This document shows, one piece after another, positions 42,631 to 56,281 of a stretch of DNA of 64,000 nucleotides (position 1 is its first letter; each line of letters opens with the position of its first letter). The notes under the pieces were generated by a model. The model saw nothing but the letters and a program-made list of their open reading frames with translations, had not been told where the DNA came from and did no database searches. Location of the stretch: assembly GCA_028534125.1 (NCBI GenBank), contig CM052817.1:70868001-70932000 (forward strand). The letters are read 5' to 3'. Both the position numbers and the translations under genes were made by a program. The DNA is from Lama glama. Lineage: Eukaryota.

Positions 42631-42960
42631 TCTTAAGGTTTTTTAAAATTTATTGTATTTTTAGGTTTGGGAGAGGGGAGGTAATTAGGTTTATTTAATT
42701 ATTTATTTATTTATTTATCTATTTATTTTACATATAAATGACGCATTTATTATTAAGAAATTTTAGTAGGTTTTTAAAAAGACTTTTTTGATTTTACAAG
42801 ACTGAAAGATGACAATCCAAGATGGCTTGGTAGTCTTCATGAGTTGGTGAGGTGAATTTCATGATGGGTAACTGTACAGCTGCTTCTATTTATTGGCAGT
42901 ACCCAGGACCTCATGCATGCCAAGCACACGCTCTACCACTGAACTATCCCTCCTCCTCCT
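42631..42960 (-). mobile_element. tRNA-derived SINE (vic-1-like) interrupted by a 157-bp insert
   Basis: SINE head at ~42895-42960 and tail at ~42631-42727. Outer TSD gt(g/a)taccactttt on both sides. Confidence 0.88.
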
Positions 42961-43322
42961 GGTATACCACTTTTAATACAAATGTTGGCTTTTTTTTGTC
43001 ATATGCCTGTATTATTTTAGTAACGATAATGACAAAGCTGTAATCAAACACAAAGAAAAGAGGTCAACCTTGGGCTGACCTTGACAACAAGGTCAAAAAG
43101 AGAAGCAACCACAAGGGGAGAGAGGAGAGGAGAGTGGCCTTGACAAAAGTGGTAGAAGCAGAGATAAAGTTCTTCAGCTCAGAAGGCACTGCACTGGATG
43201 CCTCCTGCTAAGGGGATGACGATTCATCCTGACTGTTCCGACAACCTTCCACCTCCTGTTCTTCCAGAGGGCCAGCTGCAGAGCTGATATTCCTGCCTTC
43301 CTCACTCACTGGGCATCCTGAA

Positions 43323-43532
43323 AAGAGGTTCTCATCTCGCAGTGATCTTGACCCCTGGGGGACATTTGACAGTGCTAAGACATCTTTTTGTTGTGGAAAC
43401 TGAATGCAACAGGTATCCAGTGAAAGGAGGCCAGGTATGCTGCTAAACGTACTACAATGCATAGGAGGCCCCCCACAACAAAGAATTATCCAGCCCAAGG
43501 TGTCAACAGTGACAAAGCTGAGACTCCATGCA
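43323..43532 (+). mobile_element. MER20-like hAT-Charlie non-autonomous DNA transposon
   Basis: ccctgggggacatttgacagtg...gaggccaggtatgctgctaaac...cacaacaaagaattatccagcccaa matches the recalled MER20 consensus. Confidence 0.85.
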
Positions 43533-45287
43533 CCACTGTTTTTTAAAGCTACCTAAGTGGATCTCTGTTCTTTAAAACCCAAGAGAGTCTAGCCAAGACC
43601 CAGAGATTCTGTCTTCATTAGAAAACATGACCATAGAATCTGAACGGACATTTAAGAAAGCCTGCTGGTCTCCTTAAAAATAAATGCCATGGAAAGTAGC
43701 CTGGTGAGGGGTTAAAAATGTTACACCTGACCTAACAACTGACAGAGTTCATTTATTTTTGGAAAAACCATCTAAGTGGTATTTCCACAAAGTATCACAA
43801 TACTCATTAGAGAACTTCTCGATTGTCTAGAAAAAAGTTTTTTAAAAATTCAAATAGCAACTTCTGTAATAACATGTTGCTATTTTTGAAATCATGAAAA
43901 GTAAATGAACTGGAATTATGAGTTCAAATACCAATTATTGTAGTTTTAAACCCATTAAAAGTGGATACAATTGGCTACAGGCTATATACTTTTGTAGTTT
44001 TTACTTCTCTTGCAGTCCAGTCTGCATATCTGACACCATTATTCCTTCATAAGAACTTAGCAGCCTACTTATTTCTTTAAACAGTAAGGCATATGGCACT
44101 CGGTCTCATCCATAATAAATCACAATAAATATTTTATTAATTGAATAAAAGATTTTAAACAGATTACTACACACATGACCCCTTCACCTTTGCCAGAGTT
44201 GGCTGGAGTTAAGTAATACCAGAGATCAGTTACTACCCACAATATAGAAATTTTAGATACTAATATCCCAAATATTTAATATTTATAATTAACTCTCTCC
44301 TCATATGGCAATATGAGACTACCAGAACAAAAGGTGCTTCCGAAGAAGGTAAATATTTCCCTACAAAAAAACTCACCAATGACTGTATAGTTTCAATGTA
44401 TCCCCACCTACCCTCGCCCCATTCTAACATACTTTCTTCCTAGAATATATGGGCAGGGACATTATCTAGCTTCAGCCATTCTTCTGCCAAAATCCCAGTG
44501 GGCTCAGACAACTGAAACAGGTAGGATCAGAGAAGAGTATCCATATACCTGGGCAGCTGAGGGCTGAGCTGTTTGGGATGCTAGTAAAGCGAACATTGTG
44601 GGTAGGTAGCAGGAGAAGGAGATCTAACAAGGCAGGGACCAATGGGAGAGGTAACTGGCCAAGAACAGGTGAATAAATCCTAGAGTATGGACCAAAAGCA
44701 AGTCGTATGAAGTGGTAACACATGAATGAATATGATGGGAACTGGGTGAAAGTGTCCAATTAAAAGCCAGACTAGTAGGTAAGATAACTGAAGCCAAAGC
44801 CAAGATGGACAAAAGAGCAGCACAGAATCCCAGAGGCAGCCTCATGCTCACACCAGGCAAATGTGGCCTATGTAAATAATGTAAGGGCCTGGCACAGCAC
44901 CCCAAAACACAGGGGCAAAGTCAGCATTTTTTTTCTTTTATGTTAGTTACTTTTATGTTCGGAACTACTCACTGATACCCAGACACAGGAAACTGAGTCT
45001 TCCAAAGTGGTCTCTACCTTAGACAAATTTTCAGTGCTACCATCTTAAAGGCCACTTATGTAAATCGTGTCAGTAATACAGGCACAGCTCTCAGCACTAC
45101 CCTCAAGGGTCTAGTATACAAAGTATATAAAGCCAACTGAAAGGAGCTGTCCTTTAAGTAATTTTAGCAACAATAAGAAAATTGAGTACCACATAACCCA
45201 CAAGATAAGAACCTGGATAAAGACAGAAAACAAACAACCATTACTATACTGAAGAGTAAAAAATAAAATTAAAAAATAATTGGTGGC

Positions 45288-46072
45288 TGAGGTATCACCT
45301 CACACCAGTCAGAATGGCCGTCATTCAAAAATCCAAAAATGACAAATGCTGGAGAGGCTGTGGAGAAAGGGGAACCCTCCTACACTGCTGGTGGGAATGC
45401 AGTTTGGTGCAGCCACTATGGAAAACAGTGTNNNNNNNNNNNNNNNNNNNNNNNNNNNNNNNNNNNNNNNNNNNNNNNNNNNNNNNNNNNNNNNNNNNNN
45501 NNNNNNNNNNNNNNNNNNNNNNNNNNNNNNNNNNNNNNNNNNNNNNNNNNNNNNNNNNNNNNNNNNNNNNNNNNNNNNNNNNNNNNNNNNNNNNNNNNNN
45601 NNNNNNNNNNNNNNNNNNNNNNNNNNNNNNNNNNNNNNNNNNNNNNNNNNNNNNNNNNNNNNNNNNNNNNNNNNNNNNNNNNNNNNNNNNNNNNNNNNNN
45701 NNNNNNNNNNNNNNNNNNNNNNNNNNNNNNNNNNNNNNNNNNNNNNNNNNNNNNNNNNNNNNNNNNNNNNNNNNNNNNNNNNNNNNNNNNNNNNNNNNNN
45801 NNNNNNNNNNNNNNNNNNNNNNNNNNNNNNNNNNNNNNNNNNNNNNNNNNNNNNNNNNNNNNNNNNNNNNNNNNNNNNNNNNNNNNNNNNNNNNNNNNNN
45901 NNNNNNNNNNNNNNNNNNNNNNNNNNNNNNNAAAATGTTATGATAAATCACAGAGAAAAAAATGTGACAATGAGTGTGTATATGTCCATGAATGACTGAA
46001 AAATTGTGCTGAACACTGGAATTTGACACAACATTGTAAAATGATTATAAATCAATAAAAAATGTCAAAAAA
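45288..46072 (+). mobile_element. Young 5'-truncated L1 (ORF2 C-terminus plus 3' UTR) spanning an assembly gap
   Basis: Peptide [39 protein letters not shown] is the L1 ORF2p cysteine-rich domain. AATAAA and an A tail at the 3' end. TSD aattggtggc at 45278-45287 and 46073-46082. Confidence 0.95.
45432..45931. other. Assembly gap (500 N)
   Basis: Run of N. Confidence 1.
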
Positions 46073-49000
46073 AATTGGTGGCATATGACACAGTTAAACT
46101 AAAGTGGAGACTTAAAAAATTTGCAAATAAGAAAAATGATGTATCATACACATATCTCGGGGATAAATGTTACTGATTACAAAATTCCTCTATCTGGAAT
46201 TCCTTTTTTGAGGATTGAGGCTGAAAGCAAAGGTTTTCTGCTCAAACAGATGAAAGCTTAAAAGAATAAAATACATTCTGAGTCTAATGTGTCAGGGGCT
46301 CATACACAGAAAACAGAAAGTATACTTCAGATCTCTCAATTCAAGGATACTTTTTGCCATAAAAATAACTTTCTTTTTAATATTCCAAAAATGGTAACAT
46401 AAATTTTGCCACCAACACATAGGAGGCCTCATACAGAACTTGGTTGCAGAACCAAAGCAATATTCATGAAAGTATCCTCAGAAGTAGCTGAAATTCAGTG
46501 TTTAACAATGTACAGAAAGAAACTATATACAAGAACATAAAGCCCTGGTTTCTTTACAGATGTAATTTCTTAATGTTGGAGTTCTTCTTTTATGAAAAAC
46601 TTCCAGATGCATAACATGTATAGTAGTACTAAGCCACGCCATCAAGCTCGCTGCTTAAACTCCTGGGCAGTCGTCAGTCTGTAGCGTTCTGACAGTAAAT
46701 TTAGGGGATTACAGTTGGTTCGGTTAAACCTCTTTTTTGCAGCTTACAATAGCTTTGGCTGGCATATATGATCTTTCCAGCCTTTAGTATATGTACAATC
46801 TAGCTTTGCTGCTTTACTAATAATTGTCTTCCCTCAAAAGGCAAAGTAACTAAAGTAATTTTAAAAAGAAAAATCATTTTATTCTTCCAGACTTCCTGGA
46901 AATCCATAGTTTAAGACTGTGTATTAAGGAAGAAATTAACTGCTTGTCAAAACTCAGTAACTTGTACAGTTGTCATTCTATTATCTGCCCAATAAGACAG
47001 TCAAGGCAGGTGCTGCACTTAGCCAAACTACTGTCTACAACTATACAGTAAACAGCATCGCTGTTGACAGTGGACGTTCATTCCAGTGGGAGGAAGAGTA
47101 TTGTCTTCCCAAACTTCCTTTTGCAGTACTTCTGACAGTATGACTGTACCCAGATTTCCAGTTTCACTCTGAAAGGTACTACATATATCCCTTCAATATT
47201 AGCTAAAGTGTTGTTAGTTCCTGAAGATTTTTCCTACTATTATTTAAACACACGTGCACAATTCATAAATTCACATTGTACTGTCAATTTAAATTTCAAT
47301 AGATAAACATCATCAGTTTAACAGAAATAAGAATCAGATCAATAAGAAAGTCTCAAAGATCTTAGAAGTATCTTTAATAACAACTTTCTCATATTATAAA
47401 TTTTCTATATGAATAGCATAATTTGGGAATAGTTATTTTTTGTATACTACTTCACAAACCAAGTATTAACTATTAGTTTAAAAATCGATTGCTTTAAATA
47501 AATATATAAAATGGCAATGGACTGCTGTAACTTAGTGAGAAAGCCCCACATTAGTATCTAAAATTAAAGGCTAAGTAAAAATACAAAGAAATTTGAAAAA
47601 AAAACACAAAAACTATCATAAAAAACAAGAGCAATATTGTGACTTGAAAGCTTTAAAAATAAGTTAACTTTAAAAAAAAGGATGAAGTGAGATGCTGATT
47701 TCCTGATGCACAGTACCATGCTCAGTTACACAGTGCACTTTTCCAGCTTTCCAGCACTACTTCTACTATATCTCCTTTGCTGGACTATTACAACTCATTA
47801 AAGAACAATACTATCAGCAGTCATTTCCGGATTCCATTCATTTTAATAAATAATTTTGCTTCCATCATTCCTTGTAATGTTTCTAGTTCCAGAATTTTGG
47901 AGATGAGTTCTGTATTGGCAAGCATACAGTATCTCTAAAGACAGAGGAAATGGAATCACACTGGGGACTGAACTTTCAGTAATTTTATAACAGTTTCCTA
48001 TGGAGTCCTGAAGTTCTTCAGAGATACCTCAGGGGCCATCATGGGGGAGTGGGGTGAGCAGCAGAAAGAAAGAACATGTAGGGCTTTGGCCTCTGCCTCT
48101 CTGACCTCCGAGGTCAATCATTGTGTGTGTAGCTAACTTTGTAACCAGTTTCATATAATGACTTTTCTCATAAGATTTCATTTTTTTCTAAAGGTTGAGC
48201 CTCTTTGAGAAACGTTGGAAAACCCTTGAACCACTTGATCGCTAAGATCTGTATTAGCTTTAATATGTTTTGGCTCACAAAGTCCTCAGAGAAAATGTTT
48301 TAAAAGGCATGGAGATAAGGATATTAGTGTATGTAAAGAGATAAACCACAATAAAAATCCTCAACCAAGTCAAGTTGACAGATCTTCATTATGATCATTA
48401 TGAACTTTTATAGCTAACTTTCTATAGAGAACTCTACCACAAGCCCTAGAGATACACAGATACAAACCAGAACCCCGGACGTGGAGCTCACAAATGAAAT
48501 TGGTAGAAATGGACTCCCAACCCACTCCCTCAGGAAATGAAGTGCCATTACTCTGTGAGACCTCTTAGCAGCTAGTATCAGGATCTGCCCACGAGAGCCA
48601 CCTGATCCTTAACATACTTAACTCACTTGACACCCAACCAGATTGATAACCATTCTCAGAAAGGCAGCTATTAGCTTGTGTTCATTCAAATTTCATTGGC
48701 TCTGACCTTGAGCCCTAATTTTTTCAGTAAAAAATGATTTTTAGTATTCCAGAATTTGCTGGCAAGGGCCTAAAATTTGCCAGCATTTCTAGCCTGACTT
48801 TAAAGTCAAAAGGTTGGTTTTCATGCATGGTTTATGGAAATGTTTTTATCTTATGATCATATCATGTACATCTTAAAAATGCCAGCTGGATTCTGGAACC
48901 CCTGAGGCAAATCGGAGTTTCATAATTCCTAGAAAGATAATATAAACCACTTACCTTTAATAACTGCCCAAATTGAGCTAAGATACAGGAATGTTGAGAA

Positions 49001-50131
49001 AGAACTGGGTCAATTTTCCATGCGTATTTAGTTCTAGCATTTTAAGGATCAAAAATAATACCACTTTTCTGACCCTGTAATAGAGACTCCTATGGAAGGA
49101 GATTCCTATAAGGTTTTTCTCTCCCATTAGCTACTACAAGAGCAAAAGAGGATGCTGGAGACAGAGCTATAATGGAGAATCCCTCTGACTCTCTAACAAT
49201 TGTCCAGACTTATACTATAATAGAAACTCTAAAAGCTACCAAGCTTGCTAAATATGATGGTAAAGAGGTATTATTCCAAGAGATTACAGGATGTGAATGG
49301 CTTTTCCTCCCCTTTTTCACTTTCCTTACATGTGAACTCAAAATAAATAAATTTTACTTTTGTCAAAAACAAGTCTACTTCTAGTTAGACATATTCTGAC
49401 TCTTAATATTACCATAATATACAAGCTAGAGCTGGGTACAATTCATCAAATTTACTCAGCCACTTAGCCTAAATGTGAGAACCTTTTTAAAATATCTGCT
49501 GATGACATTTAAAATATAAGAATAAAAATTTTATGTACATAATCCAGAAGCCTAAAGTTCTAAATTATGAATATCCAAGTGAACAGTTTTTGGCATTCCT
49601 GACAATTCAGACTATCCAATTAGACTAAGGAACACAGTATGAGAAAAAATAAGAATGCATTCCAACTATGAAATTATGTGGTGACTGAAGTTGAAATGGA
49701 GACTCCAGATGAAATCATGTCAAAAGCATGATAATGATGCCAAATGATTCTTGATTTTGAGAAATTTCAAAATATAAGCACAAAATCCCCAACTGGTAAA
49801 TTCAATTACTTTTAGTTAATTTCTTCTAGTTATTGGAATACCAGCCTCAAGTTTATATATGTGAATTTATCCACTAAATAACTGCACTTTTGACTAATAC
49901 AAATGTGAAATTTATTAAACTATTTTAAATATCTTAAAGCTGATAGCATATTCTAGTCTTCAAATATAGACGGAAGAAATTTCTTGCTCCCTCATTTAAA
50001 CTTTTCCATAGCAAACAGAAGTCAAAAGATAGAAGTTGTCTAGGAATTCAATTGAGGAGGAGCAGACAGAACAGAGGAAGTCCCACCATTCAGCTCAGTT
50101 CCTCCTCCTTGTGGTCACAAAGGGAAGATGT

Positions 50132-50145
50132 CTGCCATCTGGTGG
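50132..50145 (-). promoter_or_regulatory. Candidate CTCF binding site
   Basis: Minus strand CCACCAGATGGCAG is an exact fit to the CCASYAGRKGGCRS core consensus. Confidence 0.6.
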
Positions 50146-53100
50146 CATTTCTTCAAGGAATCCTATCATTTAAACGACACAGAACAGTCATGTGAAGGAA
50201 TATATGATGCCAATGAAAAGTGCTCAATTTTAATTTTTAAGTGAACTCCACTTACTTCTGCTTCCCACTCTCCTGCATCTCCTCCTTTTTAAAAGTTGAT
50301 TGTAAAATATATTTTAATTATAAGGTTGCTGAACACATCCCCAATGAAACAGTAACTATGCATGTCTAAGAATTCAGTATGCGGGTGTGTCACAGTCATT
50401 TTTAACACAAATTCCAAAAAAAACTGTTAAATATCATGGTGCATTAAACCACGGCATGGAACTTCACCCGTACTGGCAAACCAGGGAGGGTGGAGATGCT
50501 TCTATGTTTAGCGGTCACTTACTGGGCTATTGCCTGCAGTTCAGACTGACTCATACATTGTTTTCACATCCTCAGCTTCCAACAAACCACCAAGTGGTAT
50601 TTAGAAAGTGGAAGGATGGTATAAAAATGCTTTTTCATAATAGGTTTTGGATGATTTCCACTCAAGACAACATAGATTGATATTATTTGATGAGAACCTC
50701 ATGAGGTTCCCCCTGCAGCACACAGTGCCCCCCTGAACTGTAAGACAGTCCTGATTCTGGCATGTTTCCCTACCAGTTGTCAATTACCTAATCTTGTTGA
50801 TGAGAGGATGCCCTTCTCCACTCCTAGACCTAATTCTGACATTCAAATACTCTTTTTTAATATGCTATGTAGTTGATTTTGCACAGTTACAAACCAATCA
50901 GAAGCACAATAGGTTACTAAGGCCCTGAGAGGCTACTTGCGTCTATACATCCTTCAAATGAGCTAGAAAAAATTAATCCCTACGCAGAATTTATGCCCTT
51001 CTCTTAAATAATTCCCAGCTCAGAAAAAACAGAATTACTAAGGTAAGAAAGAGAAAAGAGTACTTCAAGGATTTGCGTCTTAGTAATTTTCAGACAAGAG
51101 ATACAGAAGAGAAGCTAAGATACAAGAACACTGCTTCAAGAGGTAATTTGTCCCCGGTCCTTTGGGTGACAGGGCATTTTGACAGTTGTCACTACTGAAC
51201 CAACTAAAGGTGTTACACCCAAACTGCTGTACTCAGTAGGAACGAAACCATTTAACATGAAGGCTTTGAGGCGCTCAGATGCCACACTGTATTGTCTGGC
51301 TTTACAAGAGGAGGGGACTGCCTGTATTCTCATTTAAATAACATGGCATTTTATTTTGCTTTCTTTTTGCAACCCGTTTCTGACAATTCTTTACCTTACA
51401 TAATTGAAAATCTATACATTATTATGTCCTTACTTTATGCACTCTTTCCATTCATTGGGTAGCTGGTTAGGAAAAATGTACAGTGTAATTGAAAAACCAT
51501 GTTAGTAGGAAATACAAGTTTTATATGATAAAGTAAATTCATGTTAGCAAGGTAATTTAAAGGTCTTCTCATATAATTGGAAAGGGTACACAACCTTAAA
51601 GCTACAGTTAAAATTTATTCCCACCATCAACTGAGAAGATGCCACAAAACCAGTTACCAGAGGCTGTGTCATTCATATTTATGAATCAGACATAGTTCTA
51701 CTTGCCTACATTTGACCTTACTTTGTATATAATCACTATCAGAGACTTGGAGGGTGTGGAAGGACCTCAGAAATTATACAGTATGTCTTTTTTATCTCTA
51801 ATTAAGCTCTCTGAGCAGATGACTAGATGTGCTACTTTCATCATCATCTGTGAAGGCTGAGGACCAAGTCTGGTGGAACTGTTCAGTCCCACCATGCAGG
51901 AAGCTTCAACTCTTATTCAACCTGAACCTCACTGTTTGCAGGAGTAATGTAGAAAAACAGGTCACCATCCTATCTACACAATCTTTCATATATTAGAGCC
52001 ACTTTTTATTTCAGTTGGGTATCAGTGTACGCAAACCAAGTATCAGTGTACCTTCATTTGGCCATAAATTCTTGGAAAACCAAAAGCCAGGTGAGGCTCT
52101 GCAGATCAGCTTTTATCCATGGCTAGAGCTTTCATATGTTATCAGAAGCCAGATTTTCTCATGTTAATGATTTTCTCCTACTATGAATTTCTTTCCCCCT
52201 TGCCCTCTACCAAATAAAGAAAAAAAAAAATCCATAGTATTTACAGTATGGAAGAAGCTTTGGTCATGCACTTCAAAGCATACTATACTTTTTCTCGGTT
52301 GTATTTGTCATGCCTGTAAATTCATGTCATTTTAAAATGTCTGTCATCCTTATTGAAATGTAAGCACCAAGAGGGCAGATGCCAAGTCTGCCTTATTCAT
52401 CAGCATTTTCCCCATATCTAGATATTTAGCACACAATAGGCTCTTCATACCTGGAGAACTGACAAATGCCCTTCAAAATCACTCTAACCCAACACTCCTA
52501 TATTAGGGATATGAAAATAGAGTCTGTAAAAGTCATTCTTGGAAATGATTTCCCCAAGATTGTTAATGGCAAAGCCAGGATTAGAACTCTGGATTCTTTT
52601 TTTTTTTTTTTTGCCCTATTTTTACCAAAATTCTATTTGTTGTAAAAGAAAATCAATATACCTTATTCAAAAATAAGATTTAAGAATAGCTTAAATACAT
52701 TCTTTGGGACTCCCCCAAATTTCACTCATTTGTCAGACATAATATCTTCAGGATTTTTTGTTGAACTGATTCACAGATCTATAGTCTATCACTCCAATGA
52801 CACTAAAGCAAGCCCTTGATCAGGAAAAGTTCTTTATCTGAATGTAACAGGGTCTATCATTAAAGCAGTCCTATTAGCCGATCCTGATTGCTCCTCCAGA
52901 AATGCTGTCATGGAAGAATGCCCACTATTGGTCATCATAACTGGAACTACAGATTCTTTATTGCCCATTCACATTCTCTGTCCCTTACACCACAGAGGTT
53001 CTTATATTTCACACCCTGGGCAGGCAACACTACTCATGAGTAAGGTACAGAAAACTCTATGATCTAAACATCTTTTGGTTGGCTGCCTGGTTCCCAGTGT

Positions 53101-53849
53101 TCCTTATCAGCTGGATCATAGAAACCTTCCCATAAATATGCCTGCTTTGTATGTACTTTATGTAGGACTCCAGGAACAGAACCCAAAATGGAATTCTACA
53201 GCCATAGGAAAGAACCAATTTATTCTTTCCTACAAAAGACAAGCTTTAGAGAGGCCAAGCCACAGATGCCGGCTGGATTTCCACAGTTCAGCTACTGCTA
53301 AGTCAAATATTCTGCTAAATAGAACTCTAATTTGTATGGGGTTTTTTTTAATTTTATTTTGAGGTTTCTTTAAAGCAAATATTAAAAAAATAGAGCTTCT
53401 CCTGAACACACGAAAGGAGTAAATGTGAATTTGGGGGAATGATGATGTGCTCTAAAATTGTAGTGATGGTTGCCCAGCTCCATTTTTTTTCACTCTTTAA
53501 ATCATAGATTTAAATATTATAAAATATACTTTAAGAAAGCTGTTAAAAATAAGTGTGAAAATGAGTCAGACAACTAAAGTACTTCTTTTCGAAAACATCT
53601 GGTATCAAAACTGTAAAGACATTCTTTATCCCTTTATACTCTTTTAGTATAGGTTCTATCTACTTCGATTATGCTTTACCTACAAGGTCAAAAGTTCTTC
53701 CTACAATTTTGGTAAAAATAATTTAGTAGACTAATACAAATATCTGTAAAGAACCCATCTTCATTGATGTAGCACCAAGAGATACTGACTTCCTTGATTA
53801 TCTGCATGAATGTTCTACAGATATAGTTGTTTAATTAAGCACAGCATTC

Positions 53850-54400
53850 TAGTCCAGAGCCTACTATCAACTAGCCATGGAGCTTTGAGCAAGTTATGCA
53901 TCTCCGAGTCTCAGTTTTCCCACCTATATCATGTGTCCCCATGGACCAGATTGACGTTAAGTAACACATAAGATATTAAAAAGAATAGTAACTGCTATTA
54001 CCCAATTAATAGCCATTACTATGCCAGATGTTAGGTAAAGTATCAACCTATGTTGAGGAAGGTAGCATTAGCCATGTTTTTGCAGATGAGGAAACTGGAA
54101 TCCAGAGATGTTTAATAGTGCAACCAAGGTCACACAGTTATTTAGTATCAGACCCAGGATTTCAGTCCAGAACTGTCCAGCTCCAAAACCTATACTCACT
54201 CTCTATTCCTCCTCAGACTTCGAGCTTTTGATTCTGACAGATGTGGAAATGAATCTGACCTTGTCTTTACTATGTTAAGTTAGTCACCTTCTCTGAGTCC
54301 AGCTTCTCTATCTGTAAAATGAGATTATTAATAGTTAACTCTCAGGGTTGTTGTGAAGATTAAACGAGAGAATACTTCCCTTATAATGAAAAACCATTCA
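53850..54400. mobile_element. Cluster of three MIR fragments (+/-/+)
   Basis: MIR core motifs in alternating orientation (ctcagttttcc; gatgaggaaactgga...caaggtcacacag; tctgtaaaatgagatta). Confidence 0.7.
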
Positions 54401-56236
54401 ATAATAGCCTTCCTTATACCTCTCCCACAAAAGTTCTTTCTAGTGTTTAAAAAAAAAACTTTCAGTTCTATGATTTCCTTGTAGCCTACCTGGATAAACC
54501 TCACTGGGACTGAGTTCTATCAAAAGCAATTAAAGTGAACACAAACAACACAGCATTCGGCCTTTGCTATCAGTCCTTGGCTCTGTGACGGAGACTGTCA
54601 ACAAGAGTGTCAACTTCAAGGGGTGGGCATCTGTCCACAGGAACTGGGCTGAGGTAACAAACTTGTCTCACTCTGCCCTACAAACAGATGTCTGGGTGAC
54701 AACTCTTAGTCATTGCGAACCAGGGTGAAACCTAAACCAGGTGGGAAGTGCTATATCTCCTTTCTAATCCTCTTGGCCAGCCCATTCATTCCCTAAAACA
54801 ATACCTCACCGACCGCAATTCAAAATAGCTGGTTTTCCCCAGGATACTATTTTCAACATGATGCCTTAATTCTGATATTGTCTAATTATTCCACAAGCAG
54901 AATAGAGTGTTTCTATGCTAGAGATCTGTCAGCAAGAAACCTGTTTGATTCTGTGTGTTGGAATGTGCACCTTCAAAAGTTTACCTCTAGAGTAACCTGG
55001 TGAAAACTGGTGTAATGTGGAGCTCTAGTGGTGGCAAGAAAGTAAAGCAGCCATTAGCCAGAGCCAACAAAAAACCCGAGGAAATCACCATTTATTTATT
55101 TATTTGTTATTAAGGTGAAATCAACATTTATTATTAAATTAATATATTAAGAAGAAAATGGAAGATATTTTGGAAGATTTACCATGAAGTGAGCTCCAAA
55201 TGTAAAGACTTTCCTACAGATTACAAATTAGACCTCACCAGCCAGCTTACATCAAACATCATAAAGCAGTTACATCCCCCAAAAAACAGAACTCAGTGCC
55301 ATGGCTGTCACTTTTCTACTCTTTATCAAGTTCACTAAGAATCCTATTAATTAGCCCTAGTTATTTTTCACACAGCTGGCGAGAGTATTGCATACAGAAA
55401 ACGCTGGATTCTAAGTGGTATGATCAGTGAAGTCCTGTACCAACTGTCTTGGGAATTTAAATAATCCCTGCAGGCTGATGAGGTTGTTGTGAGTTAATTC
55501 CCACACTGGAAAAGTGCCTTCCTTAAATTTCTGACTTCTGAGGTCTTTCCCAACCTAAAACAACTAAGAATGAAACCTATAATTTCAAACATTAACTCTG
55601 TCTTCCTGTTACCTAATGTATATGTGTTCTCAACTGAAAAGGCTTCATTAAAAAAAAAAAATACTGTTCCATTATGGTCATCAATGTAACAGAACATAAA
55701 TAGTAAAATTTTTATGATGTACAACCAGGAGCTGACATTTGAAATTTCTAAACATGGTGCCTAGTTTAGCTGTGTCAAAACAAATTATCATGAGGAAAAA
55801 AAAAAAAACTCAGAATGTGAAAATAAATAAACAAAGGAATTAGTCTTTCCATGCAGTATAAGTATCTAAATATCACGTTCTTGAACATGAAAAAAAAATG
55901 TAAGACACTTACTTTTCTATACATGGTAATAAAAGAAACCAAAATGTTCATAAACACATTAACAACATTTATCTGAAACAACAATCTCAAGACTCATTGG
56001 AGTTTTTCATGACCTATTAGTTGAATCCACTAGACACTTTCCAATGGACATATTCCATTTTCTATTCCATATTCTAAATTTGAGGCCTGTAGATGACCAA
56101 CTACCAAGCCTCAGAGGTCTGTGAAGGAAGATTTCATGGTTACCCAGGGGTTTTTATTCATTGATGTCTCTCTTACCCATGCTTCTACTAGTATGCTGTC
56201 ATCATATAGTTCCCTCAAGCTACATAGAAAAATGGT

Positions 56237-56278
<42 letters not shown>
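56237..56278. repeat. Poly(A)-(AT)n compound microsatellite
   Basis: Directly visible. Confidence 0.95.

Positions 56279-56281
<3 letters not shown>

Noticed and set aside
45314..46029. Four ORFs of more than 200 aa
   Set aside because: Artefacts of translating the 500-N gap. Only the L1 ORF2 fragment is real.
52019..52051. 12-bp direct repeat gtatcagtgtac with a 9-bp spacer
   Set aside because: Only two copies, most likely a local micro-duplication. Not an array or CRISPR-like structure.
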